A stretch of 64,000 nucleotides of DNA, from assembly GCA_963827655.1 (NCBI GenBank), contig CAWHCF010000051.1, forward strand, positions 1 through 64,000, given 5' to 3'. Position numbers and translations under genes: made by a program. The notes under the pieces are model-generated. The model searched no databases. It saw only the letters and a program-made list of their open reading frames with translations, and was not told the origin of the DNA. Source of the DNA: an uncultured Acidobacteriota bacterium (GTDB taxonomy: Bacteria; Acidobacteriota; UBA6911). Of this stretch, positions 60,711-64,000 are shown one piece after another. The first letter of the stretch is position 1. The number at the start of each line of letters is the position of its first letter.

Positions 60711-61739
60711 ATGACATCTCTCGCTGCGCAACTGCACAATCGACTGGGTCTTCTCGCCAGCTATATGCTGCGGCGGTCGCGGGTTCCTGGGGGCCCCCTG
60801 ACCCTGGCGATTGAGAGCACTGCAAAATGCAACCTCTTCTGCCCCATGTGCCCGCGCGAGAACATTCATTTCCCGCCGCGCGACATGGAGCTTTCGCTAT
60901 TCAAGAAAATCATAGATGAAGGCAAGGATTTTCTGGAGTTCGCGGTCCCGTACGGTGTCGGAGAGCCGCTGCTGAATCCCGAGATCTTCGACATGATCGC
61001 ATACTGCAGGCAGCTGGGCGTGCCCAGCGGCATCTCCACCAACGCAACCACGTTGACGGAGGATTCAAGCCGAAAACTCATTCAAGCCGGTCTCGACTAC
61101 GTCATCTTTGCTTTTGACGGCGCCACCAAGGCCACGTACGAGAAATATCGCAAAGGGGCGGAATTCGAGAAAGTGCGCAGCAATATTCTGACTTTCTTGA
61201 GAGTCAAGAAGGAAATGAAGTCGAAGATCTTCTGCATCATTCAGATGGTGCGGTTGAAAGAAAACCGCCACGAGATCCCGGAATTGATCCGGATGTGGCG
61301 CATCGACGGCATCGATGAGGTCAGGATCAAGAAGGACGAGGTTCACAATACAGGAAGCGCGATTCCGGGCGATCACGCCCAACGCCCGCCCATGCGGCAT
61401 CCCTGCTATCTGTTGTGGCGCGGGCCGATGTACATTCACTACGACGGCACGGTCTTTCCCTGCTGCTATATCTACCCCGAAGAACCCATCGGAAACGTGA
61501 AGAAGAACACACTGACGGAAATCTGGAATTCGGAAAAGATGGTCCAGTTGAGAGAGGCGCACATTCGCGGGGATTTGAGTGAGTACAAGGCGTGCCAGAA
61601 CTGCCCTGCGGCGCGACCCAAACTCCCGGTCACGCTGGGAAGCTTTCTGGTAAACACTCACACAGTCAGAAAGGTGATACCCTTCTTTGAACGAATGGCG
61701 CAGATTCGGAATATCTCGGTTTTTGAAACGTTGAAGTGA
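60711..61739 (+). CDS. Radical SAM protein with SPASM/twitch domain
   Basis: CNLFCPMC, GEPLL, STNA, C...DGTVFPCC..IGNV...CQNC. Confidence 0.92.
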   Translation: MTSLAAQLHNRLGLLASYMLRRSRVPGGPLTLAIESTAKCNLFCPMCPRENIHFPPRDMELSLFKKIIDEGKDFLEFAVPYGVGEPLLNPEIFDMIAYCRQLGVPSGISTNATTLTEDSSRKLIQAGLDYVIFAFDGATKATYEKYRKGAEFEKVRSNILTFLRVKKEMKSKIFCIIQMVRLKENRHEIPELIRMWRIDGIDEVRIKKDEVHNTGSAIPGDHAQRPPMRHPCYLLWRGPMYIHYDGTVFPCCYIYPEEPIGNVKKNTLTEIWNSEKMVQLREAHIRGDLSEYKACQNCPAARPKLPVTLGSFLVNTHTVRKVIPFFERMAQIRNISVFETLK

Positions 61740-61763
61740 CGCAAGCGACGGGGATCTGGGAAA

Positions 61764-62150
61764 ATGAGTGAGGGCAGCCCGAGGGTTTTCAGCCTGGCCG
61801 AAGCAAATGATCTGGTGACTCTCGTGGCGGGACTCACCGAAGGAGTCGTCCAGCAGCTTGAAAGCATACGCCAGCGGTACAAGATCGGGGCAGGGAATCT
61901 CTCGCCTGATGTGCCCGAGTCGGTGCTCCAGGAGGTGGAGGAAGCGCTGCGGGACTGGTCTGACAAGATAAGCGGCCTGGGAGCTTCACCCAAGGGTTAT
62001 TTCACAGTCGATTTTCAATCCATCGATCCGGAGCTGCTCTATTGCTGGACTTATGGCGAAGAGAAGATCGCTTACACCCACAAGGTCTGGGAGAACTTTA
62101 ATCACCGCCGCCCCTGGCGAAGAGCGCAGAATCTTCGACGGATCACCTGA
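61764..62150 (+). CDS. DUF2203-like protein (3' end possibly frameshifted)
   Basis: RVFSLAEANDLV, KG..TVDF, YCWTYGEEKI..H pattern. Confidence 0.75.
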   Translation: MSEGSPRVFSLAEANDLVTLVAGLTEGVVQQLESIRQRYKIGAGNLSPDVPESVLQEVEEALRDWSDKISGLGASPKGYFTVDFQSIDPELLYCWTYGEEKIAYTHKVWENFNHRRPWRRAQNLRRIT

Positions 62151-62228
62151 AATGGATTAATTGAGCCCGGCGCCGGTTGCGACGAGACTGATGAGAGAAA
62201 TGGTCAAGTGGCCGACAGTTACGTCAGA

Positions 62229-62465
62229 CCCGTCGTGAGTAGACGTGGAAATTGGCCTGTGGTACGGAGTCAGGCCTTAAGTTCGGAAGTTCGTAGGCCC
62301 CCATAGCGGGATTCGGACGGGCTTGATAGCCCGTCCGCACATGTATTGGCAGGTTTTGCGACAGTCATCGGGCACTTCAGAGCGCCCGGTTGAACTGAAC
62401 AGGCTCGAACTGAAGTTCGAGAAGCATGACACCGGACCGTCTGAATCGCAGAGGCTTACGGCGGG
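62229..62465 (+). ncRNA. Candidate multi-helix structured RNA or leader upstream of map
   Basis: Closing stem 62229-62240/62454-62465 with nested helices and four hairpins; no family recognised. Confidence 0.45.
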
Positions 62466-62509
62466 CTTACACCGCAGGATCGCCGCGCGCTGCTCTGTGG
62501 AGAGTTTAT

Positions 62510-63259
62510 TTGATTACCCTGAAGTCAAAACGGGAAGTGGAAATAATGCGCGATGCCAGCCGGATCGTCGCAGAGATTCTGCTTGAATTGCGACAGTTGT
62601 GCCAGCCTGGAATCACCACAGCAGAACTGGACCGTATTGCAGAAGAGAAGACCCGTAAACACGGCGCACAGCCCGCATTCAAGGGCTATCGGGGCTTTCC
62701 GCGCAGCCTCTGCACCTCGATCAACCACGAGGTGGTTCACGGTATTCCAGGGAACAAAGCACTGAAGGACGGCGATATCATCGGCCTGGACTTTGGGGTT
62801 GTGTACCGGGGTTACTACGGCGACTCCGCCTTTACCGTCCCGATCGGAGAGATAACGCCCGAATTGAAGACGCTGCTGAAAGTCGCCGAGGAGAGCCTGT
62901 ACCTTGGCATTCAGGAAATGAAACCCGGCAATCATCTTTCTGATATTTCGCGCGCTATCCAGATTCATGCAGAGTCCCACGGCTACTCGCTGGTAAAGGA
63001 ATTCGGCGGGCATGGAATCGGCCGGCGCCTGCACGAAGATCCCATGGTTCTGAACTATGTCGCCAACGGCCGGGGCATCAAGCTCAAGCCCGGGCTGGTT
63101 CTAGCCATCGAGCCGATGGTCAATATGGGGACCGACCGGGTCCAGATTCTGGCCGACGGATGGACCGTCGTGACTCTCGATGGAAAGCCGTCCGCCCACT
63201 TCGAGCACACCATCGCGCTGACCGACACCGGCCCGGAGATCCTCACGCAGGTAGCCTGA
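62510..63259 (+). CDS. map: Type I methionine aminopeptidase
   Basis: LITLKS, CTSINHEVVHGIP, DFG...GDSA, GHGIG..HEDP, IEPM, SAHFEHT; TTG start with GGAGA RBS. Confidence 0.95.
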   Translation: MITLKSKREVEIMRDASRIVAEILLELRQLCQPGITTAELDRIAEEKTRKHGAQPAFKGYRGFPRSLCTSINHEVVHGIPGNKALKDGDIIGLDFGVVYRGYYGDSAFTVPIGEITPELKTLLKVAEESLYLGIQEMKPGNHLSDISRAIQIHAESHGYSLVKEFGGHGIGRRLHEDPMVLNYVANGRGIKLKPGLVLAIEPMVNMGTDRVQILADGWTVVTLDGKPSAHFEHTIALTDTGPEILTQVA

Positions 63260-63287
63260 TACGCGAAGGCGCCAGCAACCTTCTTTG

Positions 63288-64000
63288 ATGCCCGCTTCGA
63301 TCCTCTCCTTCCTGCGGTGCCCGCGCTGCGCGGGTGCGGCGCTGGAAGAACGCGCTCAAAAGGTTTCCTGCAAGTCGTGCGCGAGCGAATATCCGGTCCG
63401 GCAAGAAATACTGGACATGATGCCGGACGAGTCGGCCGAGGTCATAACGCCCTTCCAGCGCCTCATGCAGGCTGCGCCGGTGGCCAGGATCTACGAGCGG
63501 TTCTGGCGGCCGCTCGGCTATTACGTCGCCAGCTCTCGTCCGTTCTCGGAGGAAGTGCGCGCCGTGCTCCAGCTCCAGCAAGAGACCGACCGCAGCCGCA
63601 TACTCGACGTCGGCTGCGGAACCGGTGTTTTTTCGCGCCCGCTGGCGCGCGCGGCCGGGCTCGTTGTCGCCTTTGACCTGTCCTGGCCCATGCTCAACCG
63701 CGCGCAGTGGCTCGCCCGTCAGCAGGGGACTTCCAACCTGGCTTTCATTCGCGGCACGGTTTTCAAGCTCCCGTTCATCGCCGGAGCGTTCCCGTCGATC
63801 AACTGCTGCGGCGCGCTCCACCTGTTCGATCAACCTGATGCGGCCCTGCGCGAGATGGGGCGGGTTCTGAGTCCGGGAGGCCATGTGTCGATCCAGACCA
63901 CGATTCGGCCCGACCACTCGGGCGGCATGGCCTACTTCCTGGAACGGTTCATTCGTTTCGGTTTCTTCAAGGAAGACGAGTTGAAAGAGCGGATGCGCCG
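63288..64000 (+). CDS. Class I SAM-dependent methyltransferase with an N-terminal Cys-rich (Trm112-like) module; runs off the window end
   Basis: Manual translation from ATG 63288: LRCPRC...CKSC, IYERFWR, ILDVGCGTG, FDLSWPML; absent from the ORF track, consistent with no stop before 64000. Confidence 0.85.
   Translation, partial: MPASILSFLRCPRCAGAALEERAQKVSCKSCASEYPVRQEILDMMPDESAEVITPFQRLMQAAPVARIYERFWRPLGYYVASSRPFSEEVRAVLQLQQETDRSRILDVGCGTGVFSRPLARAAGLVVAFDLSWPMLNRAQWLARQQGTSNLAFIRGTVFKLPFIAGAFPSINCCGALHLFDQPDAALREMGRVLSPGGHVSIQTTIRPDHSGGMAYFLERFIRFGFFKEDELKERMR

Noticed and set aside
59324-60739. Long antisense ORFs (for example 471 aa opposite nuoD, 395 aa opposite the TonB receptor)
   Set aside because: These are shadow ORFs expected in GC-rich coding DNA and show no recognisable motifs.

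Overview
A 64 kb, GC-rich, gene-dense bacterial window. It is most likely from Acidobacteriota; this is an inference from two Oar-like TonB-dependent receptors, a DUF1549/DUF1553 + DUF1501 pair and many Tat/Sec-exported enzymes. Gene content is mostly metabolic: lactate permease, acid-sugar kinase + PdxA, TIM-barrel isomerases, a Tat-signal ThDP enzyme, glutamate dehydrogenase, acyl-CoA synthetase, a P450, three amidohydrolases, a three-adaptor MacB-type exporter, IscA/ErpA, FolB, an isolated nuoB-nuoD pair, a radical SAM enzyme and map. About 14 genes carry single-base frameshifts, most simply explained as long-read indel errors. No rRNA, tRNA, CRISPR array, transposase or integrase was recognised. 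The most striking signal is non-coding. Many gene boundaries carry short-period tandem repeats (6, 7 or 8 nt) arranged as inverted arm pairs, in at least five sequence families. They often overlap stop or start codons, and one sits in frame inside a gene. One arm pair encloses a four-helix-bundle gene inside an amidohydrolase cluster, suggesting a 'filled versus empty' cassette system. A repeated ~110 bp structured element with a compensatory base change and a ~240 nt multi-helix candidate RNA upstream of map were also found. All calls come from reading the sequence by eye; no searches were run.
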